Shown here in pieces: positions 9,180 to 19,378 of a DNA stretch of 36,414 bases (its first letter is position 1; every line of letters begins with the position of its first letter). The notes beneath the pieces are model-generated. The model searched no databases. It saw only the letters and a program-made list of their open reading frames with translations, and had not been told where the DNA came from. Where the stretch lies: the sequence record SRR22947725_396; one strand, written 5' to 3'. A program made the translations under genes and the position numbers.

Positions 9180-10928
9180 ATGAATCTGCATATTTTTGAT
9201 GATAGTTTGAATCAGAAATATAATGAAAATAAAATTCTTATTTGGAATGGTGAAAAGATAAATAGAGTATTAGAGAATAACAAAAAAATTATTAGAACAA
9301 AATATTTAAATATAATTCACAATATTATTGAAAGTTACTCACTTAATTACAAATATTTTAGAATAAGAGATTTAAACTTATTTAAGATGAGTTTAATTAA
9401 TGAAAAAAACCCATTTAAATCTTCAGCTATTTTTGAATGTTTAAAATTATTAGCTCTAGAAATAATTATCAAAAAAAAAAAAATCAATAAGATTATCTAT
9501 CATGGAAAAATAGATAACTTACATAAATCTCTTAAAGATTTTTGTATTAATCAAAATATCAATTATGAAAGAGAAAAAATTACCTTAACAAATTCTAATT
9601 TTAAGCTAATTTTTTTTTTAACAGGAATTTTTTTTTTTTTAAAACAGCTGTATAAAAATTTTAATCTTGAAAAAAAATCAAAAAAAAATTTTGATGCAAG
9701 TATTATCTCATATTTTGTTCATTTTGATCGCCATCAAAAAAAAAAATTCCAATCTAATTTATGGGGTGATCTTATAAAATATTTAAATACCAAAAAAATA
9801 AGTATAAATTGGTTCCACTTTTATATTCCATCAGGTCAAGTTAAAAAAAGTTATTTAGCTAATTCTATGATCAAAAATTTTAATTTGAACAAATACGAAA
9901 ATCATAATTTTGTTAATTCAGTTTTAAATTTAGGAGATTTGCTAAATTGTTTTCTAATTTACTTTATTTTATTTGTTAGGAATATTTTTTTTTTGAAAAA
10001 TAATTTAAATTTTTTTTTAAATAAATATTCTAAAACAAATTTTTATTATTTCTTAGAAAAAGATTTAATGTCTTCATTTTTTGGATCAACGCTGATTTAT
10101 AACATAATGCATATTGTAACATTTGATAATTTGTTAAAAAATATTCCAAAACAAAAATTTGGGATATACATAATTGAAAATCAAAGTTGGGAATATAGTT
10201 TCATCAAACTTTGGAAAAAATATAACCATGGAAAACTCTTTGCTTATTTTAATTCTTCAATAAGATTTTGGGATCTTAGATATCTTAAGAAAAAAAATGA
10301 ACTAAGGAATTCAAATGAAAATCCAGATGTCTTTTTAATAAATAGCAATATATTTAAATCTGAGATAAAAAAATTAGGCTACCCAATGAGTAAGGTTTTT
10401 GTTGTAGAAGCTTTACGATACAAAAATTTAAAACCTATAAAAAAAATAAAAAAGAATAAAAAAATATTAATAGTGGGAGATATATTGTTTAAAGAAAGTG
10501 ATATTTTACTAAAATTTGTGGGTAAGACAATTGACTCTTTGAAAAATTACAAATTTTATTTTAAGCCACATCCAACTATGACACTAAAATCAATAAACTT
10601 AATTAAACAAAAATATAAATATATCAAGGTTTTGAACTTAAACACCAATGAATTCAAAAAATTTGAATTTGTTATTTGTTCTAATGGTACGTCTGCAAAC
10701 TTAGATTGTTTAATACAAAAATTGAATTTTTGTTCAGTAAATATAAATAACACTCTTAATCTCTATCCTATAGGCAAGTATCAAAAATTATTTCAAGCAA
10801 AAGGACATACGGACCTAATTAATAGAATTAAATATCCAAAAAACATAAAATTTAATAGAATTTTTAATCAGGAAAAAAATTGTCGTAAATTTCTGTCTAA
10901 AATTAACGAAGTCGAAATATCTAAATAA
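9180..10928 (+). CDS. Surface carbohydrate biosynthesis protein (resembles TIGR04326/LIC13510 family), putative ulosonate transferase
   Basis: Motifs ENQSWE, IRFWDLRY, VEALRY, FKPHP and SNGTSA. It is the last gene of the kdsB-like cassette. The family assignment is from memory of these motifs. Confidence 0.6.
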   Translation: MNLHIFDDSLNQKYNENKILIWNGEKINRVLENNKKIIRTKYLNIIHNIIESYSLNYKYFRIRDLNLFKMSLINEKNPFKSSAIFECLKLLALEIIIKKKKINKIIYHGKIDNLHKSLKDFCINQNINYEREKITLTNSNFKLIFFLTGIFFFLKQLYKNFNLEKKSKKNFDASIISYFVHFDRHQKKKFQSNLWGDLIKYLNTKKISINWFHFYIPSGQVKKSYLANSMIKNFNLNKYENHNFVNSVLNLGDLLNCFLIYFILFVRNIFFLKNNLNFFLNKYSKTNFYYFLEKDLMSSFFGSTLIYNIMHIVTFDNLLKNIPKQKFGIYIIENQSWEYSFIKLWKKYNHGKLFAYFNSSIRFWDLRYLKKKNELRNSNENPDVFLINSNIFKSEIKKLGYPMSKVFVVEALRYKNLKPIKKIKKNKKILIVGDILFKESDILLKFVGKTIDSLKNYKFYFKPHPTMTLKSINLIKQKYKYIKVLNLNTNEFKKFEFVICSNGTSANLDCLIQKLNFCSVNINNTLNLYPIGKYQKLFQAKGHTDLINRIKYPKNIKFNRIFNQEKNCRKFLSKINEVEISK

Positions 10929-10933
10929 ATACC

Positions 10934-11956
10934 TTAATAACGTCTTAGTGACCACCCATTCAATTCGAACTCATCATTTTTTTTTTCAGTTTCTGTATTA
11001 GGGCTCAATAGTGGATAACCATATTTAGATAAATTTAAATTGAACATTACTTGAAGACGGTGGTTTGATTGACCAAAAAATTTATAAATAACATTTTCAA
11101 TCTCTTTAGAAATAAACAATTTTTTATTCTTTTTAAAAAATAATTTATCAAATAAATATTTGATATTTTCACCATTAATAAAAGGTAAATAATTTGAAAC
11201 ACGTTTTACATTATATCTTTTTCTGTATCTTTCGTATTTTAAAGAATATTTTCTAAATAAAATATTTTGTGAATCTGCACGTTGATTTTCTTTAAATTTT
11301 AAGATTCTATCAATTAATTGATTATCGATTGGTTCATTTATAAATTCACAAACTTCTTTGTAGTATTCTTTTGGATTATTATTTAATAGTTCGAAGGGAA
11401 TAACTTTTATATTATTTTTTCCAAATAATTTTATATAATGATTACAAATCTTATCATAACGAAGCCCATGCATCATGCCATTAAGTTGATTTTTTAAATG
11501 TAATTCAATTGTTTCTTCAAAATCTCTCTGACTTATAAATTCTGGAGATACAAATTGTGTATATATAGATGGAAGCATCGTTATTTGAGATCGAATAACA
11601 TATAGTATTTTAATATCTCCAAATAAATCTTTAATTCTATTAGCTATAAGCCCTGGATCTGCTGTCATCTTTCCGCCTATACATGGTGTTACTAAACTTT
11701 CATCAGAAATCAATACTGGATTATTTTTTGTATCAAGCATCTCAGAATTTTTTAAATTATTAAAAAGCTCTTTTACTCGCTGAGTATTATAAGATACAAG
11801 ATCTTGATATTTAATTCTTTCGAATAATTCCTCTATGTCTGATCCGGGCATATACGGATCGCCTAAAAATTTTCTATACTTTAAATTTTGAAACAAATGC
11901 TTTTGTAATGTTTTTGAACCTGTTTTATGATTACCAATGTGAATAACAATATCCAT
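10934..11956 (-). CDS. Sulfotransferase-family protein
   Basis: N-terminal IHIGNHKTGSKTLQ (5'-PSB-like loop), ISDESL, and VIRSQ...SIY (3'-PB-like R...S). Confidence 0.75.
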   Translation of the reverse strand: MDIVIHIGNHKTGSKTLQKHLFQNLKYRKFLGDPYMPGSDIEELFERIKYQDLVSYNTQRVKELFNNLKNSEMLDTKNNPVLISDESLVTPCIGGKMTADPGLIANRIKDLFGDIKILYVIRSQITMLPSIYTQFVSPEFISQRDFEETIELHLKNQLNGMMHGLRYDKICNHYIKLFGKNNIKVIPFELLNNNPKEYYKEVCEFINEPIDNQLIDRILKFKENQRADSQNILFRKYSLKYERYRKRYNVKRVSNYLPFINGENIKYLFDKLFFKKNKKLFISKEIENVIYKFFGQSNHRLQVMFNLNLSKYGYPLLSPNTETEKKNDEFELNGWSLRRY

Positions 11957-12053
11957 TTTATGAGAATTTATTTAATACTAGTTTTTTTAATTTAAATTAA
12001 ATTATTTTATGAATATCCTATATTATAATTAAGTATTTATATATACATAAAAC

Positions 12054-12082
12054 TTGGACTATTATATATTAATATTTATTCT
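12054..12082 (+). promoter_or_regulatory. Possible sigma70 promoter for the asnB-like gene
   Basis: TTGGAC-N17-TATTCT ends 32 nt upstream of the ATG at 12115. The signal is weak given the AT-rich background. Confidence 0.25.
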
Positions 12083-12114
12083 TTAAAAAACTTTTCTTTT
12101 TAAAATTATATAAA

Positions 12115-13824
12115 ATGTGTGGAATCTTTATTGTCAAAACTGAAAATAATGTAAATAAGTATATAAATAAATTTAAGTCATCTTTAAGCGATATATACTC
12201 AAGAGGTCCTGACAGAAAACAATTTATAAAAAAAAATAATTATTTGATTGGTTTTACAAGATTAAGTATAAATGATTTAGAAGAAGCCAATCAGCCTTAT
12301 GAAAGTGAGGATAAAAGGTTTACCTTGTTGTTTAATGGAGAAATTCTTAATTATAAGAGCTTAATAAATTATCTTTCTAGCAAACAAATATTTTTAAAAA
12401 GATATACTGAGACCGAGGTTATCCTTAAGTTATATATTTTACATAAAGAGAAGTTTTTAAATTATCTTAAGGGTTTTTTTTCAATAGTTATAATTGACCA
12501 CAAAATTGATAAAATTTTTGCTTGTGTAGATCAGTTTTCAATCAAACCACTATATTATTATCATAGTAAAGATTTAATGATTTTTTCTTCAAATCCTAGT
12601 CCGATATTGAATAATCAATTTATAAATAAGGACTATGATCATTTAGAATTAATAAATTATGTTAGCTTAGGTAGAGAGCTTAATAATAAAACTATTTTTA
12701 AAAAAATTAATAAGTTAAATGCTTCAACTTATACAATCTTTTATAAAAATAAAGTTAACATACATAAATATTGGGCACCGTTTAATAAATACAAAGAAAA
12801 TTATTTTTCAAAAAAAGATTGCATGAATATGCTTTCAAATAAATTTGATAATGTTGTTAATTTATGGAAAACTTCTGATGTTAAGCTTGCACATACTAGA
12901 AGTAGTGGAGTTGACTCGAATATTTTGAATTTATATTTTAAAAAAAATAATATTGAGACTAAAAATTTTTCAATAAAAGAGAATAAATCACAAATTTTAG
13001 ATAAGAATGAAATTAATATAAAGTTTGATAATATCAATTTAGAGAAAGAACTTGATAAATATTTAAAAAATAATTTAGATCCAATTTCAGTTGGTGTATC
13101 AAGTAATTTAACACTATTTAATTTATATAAAAATATAAGTAATAAGAAATTTAAAGTATGTTTTAATGGAGAAGGCGCAGATGAAATTTTTGGAGGATAT
13201 CATAGGTACTTAAAACATTTAGATTTAATTAACAAAGAAAATGGTGATGTTTACAAATCTTTTCTAAATCTGTATCAAAAAGAAATTAATCATACTAATT
13301 ATTCTCTAAATATAGATAATTTTAATGTTAAAGATCATCTACTTAATCAGATTAAAAAAATTAAATTAAACTCAAAATTAAATTTGAATAAGATATTAGA
13401 ATTTGATCAAATAACATGGATACCTACGCTGATGAAGAGCCACGATTCTATAGGAATGTTTTATTCATTAGAGGTCAGACCTCCTTTCTTAGATACAGAA
13501 CTAGTTAATACAGTTAACAGTATCCCTGCAAATTTAAAATTACATAAAAATAAACAAAAAATTATAGCTCATGACATTCTATCAAAAATATTTAGATTCA
13601 AGGTCGATAAAACTAAATTAGGGACGCCAACTTTTTTTTATTCAATAATAAATAAAAAAAGAAATAAAGATATTTTAAAAGAAAAAATTTTTTATGGTAA
13701 ATTATCAAAATATTTTAATCCTAAAAAAACATGGGAAATTTGCAATAGACAATCTAAAGAAAAAAGTGATCATATATTTTTATGGAGAATTTTTATTCTA
13801 TCTAAAATTTTAGAACAGGATTAA
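12115..13824 (+). CDS. asnB: Asparagine synthase (glutamine-hydrolysing)-like amidotransferase, probably glycan-amidating
   Basis: N-terminal MCGI (Ntn Cys), RGPD, RLSI, FNGEI, GEGADEIFGGY and EVRPPFLD. Confidence 0.92.
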   Translation: MCGIFIVKTENNVNKYINKFKSSLSDIYSRGPDRKQFIKKNNYLIGFTRLSINDLEEANQPYESEDKRFTLLFNGEILNYKSLINYLSSKQIFLKRYTETEVILKLYILHKEKFLNYLKGFFSIVIIDHKIDKIFACVDQFSIKPLYYYHSKDLMIFSSNPSPILNNQFINKDYDHLELINYVSLGRELNNKTIFKKINKLNASTYTIFYKNKVNIHKYWAPFNKYKENYFSKKDCMNMLSNKFDNVVNLWKTSDVKLAHTRSSGVDSNILNLYFKKNNIETKNFSIKENKSQILDKNEINIKFDNINLEKELDKYLKNNLDPISVGVSSNLTLFNLYKNISNKKFKVCFNGEGADEIFGGYHRYLKHLDLINKENGDVYKSFLNLYQKEINHTNYSLNIDNFNVKDHLLNQIKKIKLNSKLNLNKILEFDQITWIPTLMKSHDSIGMFYSLEVRPPFLDTELVNTVNSIPANLKLHKNKQKIIAHDILSKIFRFKVDKTKLGTPTFFYSIINKKRNKDILKEKIFYGKLSKYFNPKKTWEICNRQSKEKSDHIFLWRIFILSKILEQD

Positions 13825-13844
13825 AATAATTTGTAGAAAAATTT

Positions 13845-14984
13845 TTAAATAATTTTTTTTAGTATTTGTTTAAAATTTTTATTTTTATTTAACACTATAA
13901 AATCTTTAATGTATTTATCATACATTTTTTTATTAATTTTAAGATATTCTGATTTGTCAAAATTAAAATCATCATAATTAATTTCTGAAACATTAATTTT
14001 TTTTTTTTCAAAATATTTTCTATAACTATTTATAGTTTCAAACATATCACTATTTTCTAATTGATTAGTTGTCAAAAATATTAAAGGTTTATAATTTAAA
14101 ACAGCATAATTTATTGATGCAGAATTATGTGCAATCACTGCTGTAGAATTAGCAACAAGTTCCGCAGTTTTACTTTTAGTAATTTTCCAATTTTTAGTTA
14201 AGATTGACTTTTTACTTAAGTTTCTTTTTGGATGAGAAGCAATAACTATATCAATATTTAATTTTTTTTTTAATGAAAGAAGAAAATTATTAATCTCTTT
14301 CTCAAAAGTATCATATTCATATTTATGATGAGTTAATTTAATATCATGCGAAAATTGATAATCCTGATCTAAATAAACAAAAAATTTTTTTTTTGAATTA
14401 ATTTTTTTATAATTTAAACTATTAATTATAAAGTCAAAGTGTGGAAAAAAAAGAATTTTAATATTATTTTTAAAAATTTCATATTTGCCTTTTTGACCAG
14501 TTATACAATAATAATCTGTATTTGGAAATTTGTAATACTTTTGTAAAAAAAAATTTTGATAAAATTTATATAAAAATCTAAGAGGACGTAAATAAATCCA
14601 AGGTATAACATCCCACTTAGTTAATAATGGATAATTAAATCTTAAACTTTTAATATTAAATTTTTTTATTAATTTTCTTATTTCATAAAAAAATTTAATA
14701 TTTTCTAAATACATAGGATTTTTAATATTTAAATCTGCTAGGATTGTAAGATCTATAAAAAGAGAAATCTGATTTAAATTCAGTATTTTAGCTAACTTTT
14801 TGATAAATAACTTTTTATTATTCTTCAATAAGAATTGATCGTAACTTAAATAAATAATATCAAAATCTGTATCGCAATCTTTTAAAAAGAACCACTTGTA
14901 ATCTTTTTTATTTTTAATTCTATATCTAGAAATAATTAATATTTTTTTTTTAAGACAAGATTGTTTTTTTTTGGAATTCTTCAC
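13845..14984 (-). CDS. Hypothetical protein, putative nonulosonate (sialyl-like) transferase
   Basis: C-terminal YLDQ, ASHPK and HNSAS pattern recalls the HP/S motifs of CMP-sugar GT-B transferases. It is the terminal gene of the Leg-type operon. The start is uncertain. Confidence 0.5.
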   Translation of the reverse strand: MKNSKKKQSCLKKKILIISRYRIKNKKDYKWFFLKDCDTDFDIIYLSYDQFLLKNNKKLFIKKLAKILNLNQISLFIDLTILADLNIKNPMYLENIKFFYEIRKLIKKFNIKSLRFNYPLLTKWDVIPWIYLRPLRFLYKFYQNFFLQKYYKFPNTDYYCITGQKGKYEIFKNNIKILFFPHFDFIINSLNYKKINSKKKFFVYLDQDYQFSHDIKLTHHKYEYDTFEKEINNFLLSLKKKLNIDIVIASHPKRNLSKKSILTKNWKITKSKTAELVANSTAVIAHNSASINYAVLNYKPLIFLTTNQLENSDMFETINSYRKYFEKKKINVSEINYDDFNFDKSEYLKINKKMYDKYIKDFIVLNKNKNFKQILKKII

Positions 14985-16119
14985 CTTTTTTTAGAACCTT
15001 TTCATTTTTCTTTATCCAAATTGACTCATTTCGCCACTTATTTGCTATTTTCCAAAAATCATCTTCACCTATTCCTGTAAAATCTAAGAATTCATTAAAA
15101 TACTTGATTGGAAACTCATTATCATATTTCTTAACTAGCGCTATAGCTTCCTCTCTGGTAATAAAACCTTCTCGTACTTCTCTAGCTGCATTTGAAGTGC
15201 ATCTACCATGGCCAAATTTTATTAGTGCAAACCAATGATGAAATGTATCTAGCTTATCATCTATTGATGAATATTTGGTATAAGTCCCCTCCGTTCTTAC
15301 AGTATTTGGTTTGAATCCAGTATTTTTTGAAGCATAATAAAAGTTGCTGTGATTAGACCAGTTTCTGAAGTACCCATAAAAAAATCTCTTAACATTTTTT
15401 TTTTTTACTTCCTCTATTTCTGGACCCTCAAATAAATTTAAGTCATTTCTTGAGTAACCCTTATCCATCCAATACTTTAAAGAATATTTTGAAAACCAAA
15501 TTTTTTCATACTCTTCAACATCTAGTCCTCTTTTATTCCAGCTATCAATATTTCCACCATATTCAGCTTCTGCATTTTCACCTGAAAAAACTAATTTAAT
15601 ATTAAATTTTGTTGCTATTTTAATAGGAAAAAGCACCTGGCCATAAATAAAAGGCTGGAAAGGATCTCCCATTTCAATCATTGCATCTTTACACAATCTT
15701 CTTACTGTTTGACCATTCGCCATTCCCAAAATAACATCAAATCCTGATTTATTAAAATTTACTAAATTTTCCCATCCAATGTCAGTATATTTCAAAGGTG
15801 ACCATGTTACAGTTAAAGGGTTCATTTTATATTTAGTTTTTAATTCATGGGCAACGAACGCACTATCTTTACCACCCGATGATGGCACAACACAGTCATA
15901 GCTTCCATCTTTGCTTCTATGGGCATCTAAAATTTCGATTAACTCTTTTTCTCTTTGTTCCCAATCAATTTTTCTTTTATATTCAAAATAATTACATGCA
16001 CTACATACACCATCTTTATCGAAGGTAATACGTGGCCTCTGGTTAGATATAACACATTGTTTGCAATATGTTATATCATCTGGCAAATTATATTTTTCTT
16101 TTATATTAATATTTTCCAT
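14950..16119 (-). CDS. N-acetyl sugar amidotransferase (WbuX/PseA/PtmG family)
   Basis: CKQC...CSAC, PP-loop SSGGKDS, GENAEAEYGG, KYSSIDD, KFGHGR and ITREEA. Confidence 0.92.
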   Translation of the reverse strand: MENINIKEKYNLPDDITYCKQCVISNQRPRITFDKDGVCSACNYFEYKRKIDWEQREKELIEILDAHRSKDGSYDCVVPSSGGKDSAFVAHELKTKYKMNPLTVTWSPLKYTDIGWENLVNFNKSGFDVILGMANGQTVRRLCKDAMIEMGDPFQPFIYGQVLFPIKIATKFNIKLVFSGENAEAEYGGNIDSWNKRGLDVEEYEKIWFSKYSLKYWMDKGYSRNDLNLFEGPEIEEVKKKNVKRFFYGYFRNWSNHSNFYYASKNTGFKPNTVRTEGTYTKYSSIDDKLDTFHHWFALIKFGHGRCTSNAAREVREGFITREEAIALVKKYDNEFPIKYFNEFLDFTGIGEDDFWKIANKWRNESIWIKKNEKVLKKGEEFQKKTILS

Positions 16120-16796
16120 TATTTTTTCACAGCTGATACAATAATTTCGCTCTCATGACTAGAAAAAACTTTAAAACTTGAGTGACCTATGTCTTTTACT
16201 ATAAAGTTATTTTTCTGTATTAAACCTTTAAACTCTTTAATATTTTTTGGAAAATACATTTCAAGATAATTTAAATTTTTAGGATTTGTTGTAAAATAAA
16301 TTTTATTATTACGCTTTATTTTTTTATAATTATGTTTATCTTTTAAGTTGCTATCTAAAACTATTTTACCATTTTTTTTTAAAATTAAGTTAAAATTTTT
16401 CAAAAATTTATCAGCAATTATTTTATTTGGAAAATTATTAAATACAGACATACAAATAATATAGTCAAATTTTTCTTTATAATTTTTAAAAAAACTTGGT
16501 TCATCAAGAACATTTATAATTCTATATTTTTTTTGAAACTTTAGATCTAGTTTAGATAATTTTTTTTTTAAGTTTTTTAATGCTGTTTTTGATATATCGC
16601 AAAAAATAACTTTATAACCATTTAATAAAAAATGAATTCCATTTGAACCAGGACCACATCCATAATCTAAGATAAGTCCTTTTTTTTTGAAAAAAATTTT
16701 TTCAATTCTTACAAGTTCTATACTGGGATATTTTTTATCATAACCTTGAAGATAAGTTTTTTCATAAGCTGAAATTGTGGAATTAGATATTTGCAT
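16119..16796 (-). CDS. Class I SAM-dependent methyltransferase
   Basis: Motif I LDYGCGPG, CDIS and FDYIIC. Coupled to the amidotransferase by a TAATG overlap. Confidence 0.88.
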   Translation of the reverse strand: MQISNSTISAYEKTYLQGYDKKYPSIELVRIEKIFFKKKGLILDYGCGPGSNGIHFLLNGYKVIFCDISKTALKNLKKKLSKLDLKFQKKYRIINVLDEPSFFKNYKEKFDYIICMSVFNNFPNKIIADKFLKNFNLILKKNGKIVLDSNLKDKHNYKKIKRNNKIYFTTNPKNLNYLEMYFPKNIKEFKGLIQKNNFIVKDIGHSSFKVFSSHESEIIVSAVKK

Positions 16797-17732
16797 TTAG
16801 TATTGTTTTTTTGGATCAACAGTATTTATTAAATGATCATTATTAATATAATTCTTTAAATTTTTTTTCAATAAATCAAATCTTCTTTTATTATCAGTGG
16901 TTATACCCGCCAAATGATTTGTAAAAATTACATTTTTAAATTTTTCAAATGGATTTTTTTTTGCAAAATCCTCAGAGCCAATAATATCCAATCCAACACC
17001 ACTAAACTTATTTTTATTCACATATTCTTTTAAATCAATTGTATTAACGATATCTCCTCGGCTAACATTTACAAAAAAGACACCCTGCTTCATATTTTTA
17101 AAGATTTTTTTATTAAAAAGATTATAAGTTTTTTTAGTTAATGGAGTAGTGTTAATAACTATATCAAAATTACCTACAATATCTTTTAAATCTGAAATCT
17201 CGTAGTAATTTTTAACAAATGAATAGTATGGTTTTAGGCCTGACTCAGCAGCACTTACATTTGCCCCAAACGCGTTTAACTTTTCTGCTACAGAAACCCC
17301 TATTCCACCAAGTCCAGTTATTAAAACGTCTTTTTTGTAAATTTCTGTTGGTCTAAATTTAGTTTTATCATAATCATACATTCCTCTGGTTAGATTTAAC
17401 AATAGAGCAATGCAATGCTCTGAAACATTGGGTCCTTGAATTGTCTTACCACACGTGAATTTAAATTTATACTTTGGAAGTATATTAATAAACTCATCTA
17501 TACCAGCTCTTGAAAGATGTACCCATTCAAGTTTTTTAAAAAAATCATATTCTTTGTTTAAAAATATTGATAAGTTTTTTTTAACTGCCCACTCTCCAAA
17601 AACCATTATTGCATTTATATTTTTGTTTTTAAAAAAATTATCATCATTAATATTTATCAATTTTATTAAATTATTTTTTTTTAAAAAAATAAATTTATCT
17701 TTACTTAATCCTGCAATACCTACTGTTTTCAT
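16797..17732 (-). CDS. D-isomer-specific 2-hydroxyacid dehydrogenase
   Basis: RAGID, VSEH, GLGGIG, PLT, NVSRG, GLD...E and NHLAG. Confidence 0.88.
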   Translation of the reverse strand: MKTVGIAGLSKDKFIFLKKNNLIKLININDDNFFKNKNINAIMVFGEWAVKKNLSIFLNKEYDFFKKLEWVHLSRAGIDEFINILPKYKFKFTCGKTIQGPNVSEHCIALLLNLTRGMYDYDKTKFRPTEIYKKDVLITGLGGIGVSVAEKLNAFGANVSAAESGLKPYYSFVKNYYEISDLKDIVGNFDIVINTTPLTKKTYNLFNKKIFKNMKQGVFFVNVSRGDIVNTIDLKEYVNKNKFSGVGLDIIGSEDFAKKNPFEKFKNVIFTNHLAGITTDNKRRFDLLKKNLKNYINNDHLINTVDPKKQY

Positions 17733-17734
17733 GA

Positions 17735-18742
17735 TTATTTGACCATTTTAGGTTTAATAACTTTATCGGGTTTTATATCTATTTTTGAAACTTTTCCTAA
17801 TACTTTCTTTATTTTTAAGGGTGAAATACCTGTACCAGGCCTTTTAAAAACAATATCATCTCTACCAATTTTAGTATTTTTATAAATAAACCGTGAAGAT
17901 ACAATGCTTTTTCTTGAAACCTTAATTATTTCTTTGGAACTAGTATTAAATTTTTTATTTTTTTTTATCTTAATTATTTTTTCTATTTCTCTTATGCTAG
18001 ATACTAAATCTTTAAATTTATTTATTGTTAAAGAAAATTTATGGTCGGGTCCTTTAAGTTTTCTATTAATAGTTACATGTTTTTCAATTACCTTTGCACC
18101 TAATGCGACGGCAACTAAAGAAGCATTTTGTGAAATTGTATGATCTGAAAACCCAACTGAATAGCCAAATTTTTTCAACTTAAACATATTATCAAAATTA
18201 ATTTGCTCAAGCTTTGCCGGATAACTTGATACACAATATAAAATGGTTATTTTTTTTTTAAAATTTTTATTTAAAATGTCAATAATATTCTTTAAATCCC
18301 TAATTGTAACCATGCCTGTTGATAAAAAAATTTCTTTTTTAATTTTTGATAAGTAATTCAAAGTATTTAAATCAAAGACTTCACCAGAAGGTATCTTTAT
18401 ATATTTAATGCCAACTTTTTGTACTAAAAATTTTAAACTTTGAATATCAAATGCAGAACATAAATAATCTATTCCTTTTTTTTTTGCATATTTTGAAAGT
18501 TTTAAATGATCATTGAATGAAAGTTGAATTTTTTTTGACATTTCAACAATTGATCTTCGTCCATCATTTTTTTTTTGATATTTGGCCTTAAAAGAGTCTA
18601 AAGAATATACTTTAGAAGGTTGTGCTAGCTGAAATTTTATGGCATCAGCACCTGAATTTGATATTAAGTCAATATATTTAAATGCCATAGATAAAGAACC
18701 ATTATGATTTGGCCCAACTTCTGCAATGACATAAGTTTTCAT
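17735..18742 (-). CDS. neuB: Nonulosonic acid synthase, LegI/NeuB2-type
   Basis: AEVGPNHNG, KFQ, KIPSGE, STGM, SDHT, IEKH, GPDH, RKS and KRPGTG. Lies in an operon with legB, legC and legG. Confidence 0.93.
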   Translation of the reverse strand: MKTYVIAEVGPNHNGSLSMAFKYIDLISNSGADAIKFQLAQPSKVYSLDSFKAKYQKKNDGRRSIVEMSKKIQLSFNDHLKLSKYAKKKGIDYLCSAFDIQSLKFLVQKVGIKYIKIPSGEVFDLNTLNYLSKIKKEIFLSTGMVTIRDLKNIIDILNKNFKKKITILYCVSSYPAKLEQINFDNMFKLKKFGYSVGFSDHTISQNASLVAVALGAKVIEKHVTINRKLKGPDHKFSLTINKFKDLVSSIREIEKIIKIKKNKKFNTSSKEIIKVSRKSIVSSRFIYKNTKIGRDDIVFKRPGTGISPLKIKKVLGKVSKIDIKPDKVIKPKMVK

Positions 18743-18745
18743 AAA

Positions 18746-19375
18746 TTATCCTAGATCTAAAAAATTTTTTATAATCTTCAGCCCATCAATTCCACTTTTT
18801 TCTGGATGAAATTGACATCCATAAATATTATCTTTTTTTACAATAGAAGTTAATTGATTTGAACCGTAATCTATATCTGCTAAACATTCATTTAGATTTT
18901 TTAGTTTCACATGATAAGAGTGGACAAAATAACAATTAAAATTTTTTTCTATATCATTAAAAATTTTAGACTTATTATTTATAATAATATTATGCCAGCC
19001 AATATTTGGTATCTTCAATTTATTTAATCTATCTTGTTTGCTTAATACTATTTTTTTTACATCACCTTTTATTAATCCTAAACCACTTTCTAAACCATTT
19101 TCTTCACTCGTATCAAATAATATTTGCATCCCAAGACAGATCCCCATTAAATTTATTTTTTTATAATTCAAATCTTTAAGTAGGTTTATTAAGTTTTTTT
19201 TTGCAAGTGTATCCATAGCTTTTTTAAAAGCACCTACACCTGGTAGAAATATATGAGTTGCATTTTTTATTTCATTCAAATCTGATGTAATTAAAAAATT
19301 TTTTTCAAATTTTTGAATAGCTCTGGTTAAACTTAATATATTTCCGCCGCAGTTAATTATAATTATTTTTTTCAA
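18746..19375 (-). CDS. hisH: HisH-like glutamine amidotransferase subunit (glycan-cluster paralogue, WbuY-like)
   Basis: LPGVGAF, GICLGMQ, YFVHSY and QFHPEKS; TTG start. Confidence 0.93.
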   Translation of the reverse strand: MKKIIIINCGGNILSLTRAIQKFEKNFLITSDLNEIKNATHIFLPGVGAFKKAMDTLAKKNLINLLKDLNYKKINLMGICLGMQILFDTSEENGLESGLGLIKGDVKKIVLSKQDRLNKLKIPNIGWHNIIINNKSKIFNDIEKNFNCYFVHSYHVKLKNLNECLADIDYGSNQLTSIVKKDNIYGCQFHPEKSGIDGLKIIKNFLDLG

Positions 19376-19378
19376 TTA

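Noticed and set aside
9471-9640. A13 and T13 homopolymers in the 9180-10928 gene as phase-variation tracts
   Set aside because: Runs of 11-13 A/T occur throughout the window (e.g. 13997-14008, 15395-15406, 24729-24741, 25530-25542), all in intact frames, as expected from base composition.
11986-12001. Perfect 16-bp palindrome TTTAATTTAAATTAAA in the sulfotransferase/asnB intergenic region
   Set aside because: It is A/T-only and low-complexity, so it cannot be distinguished from chance here.
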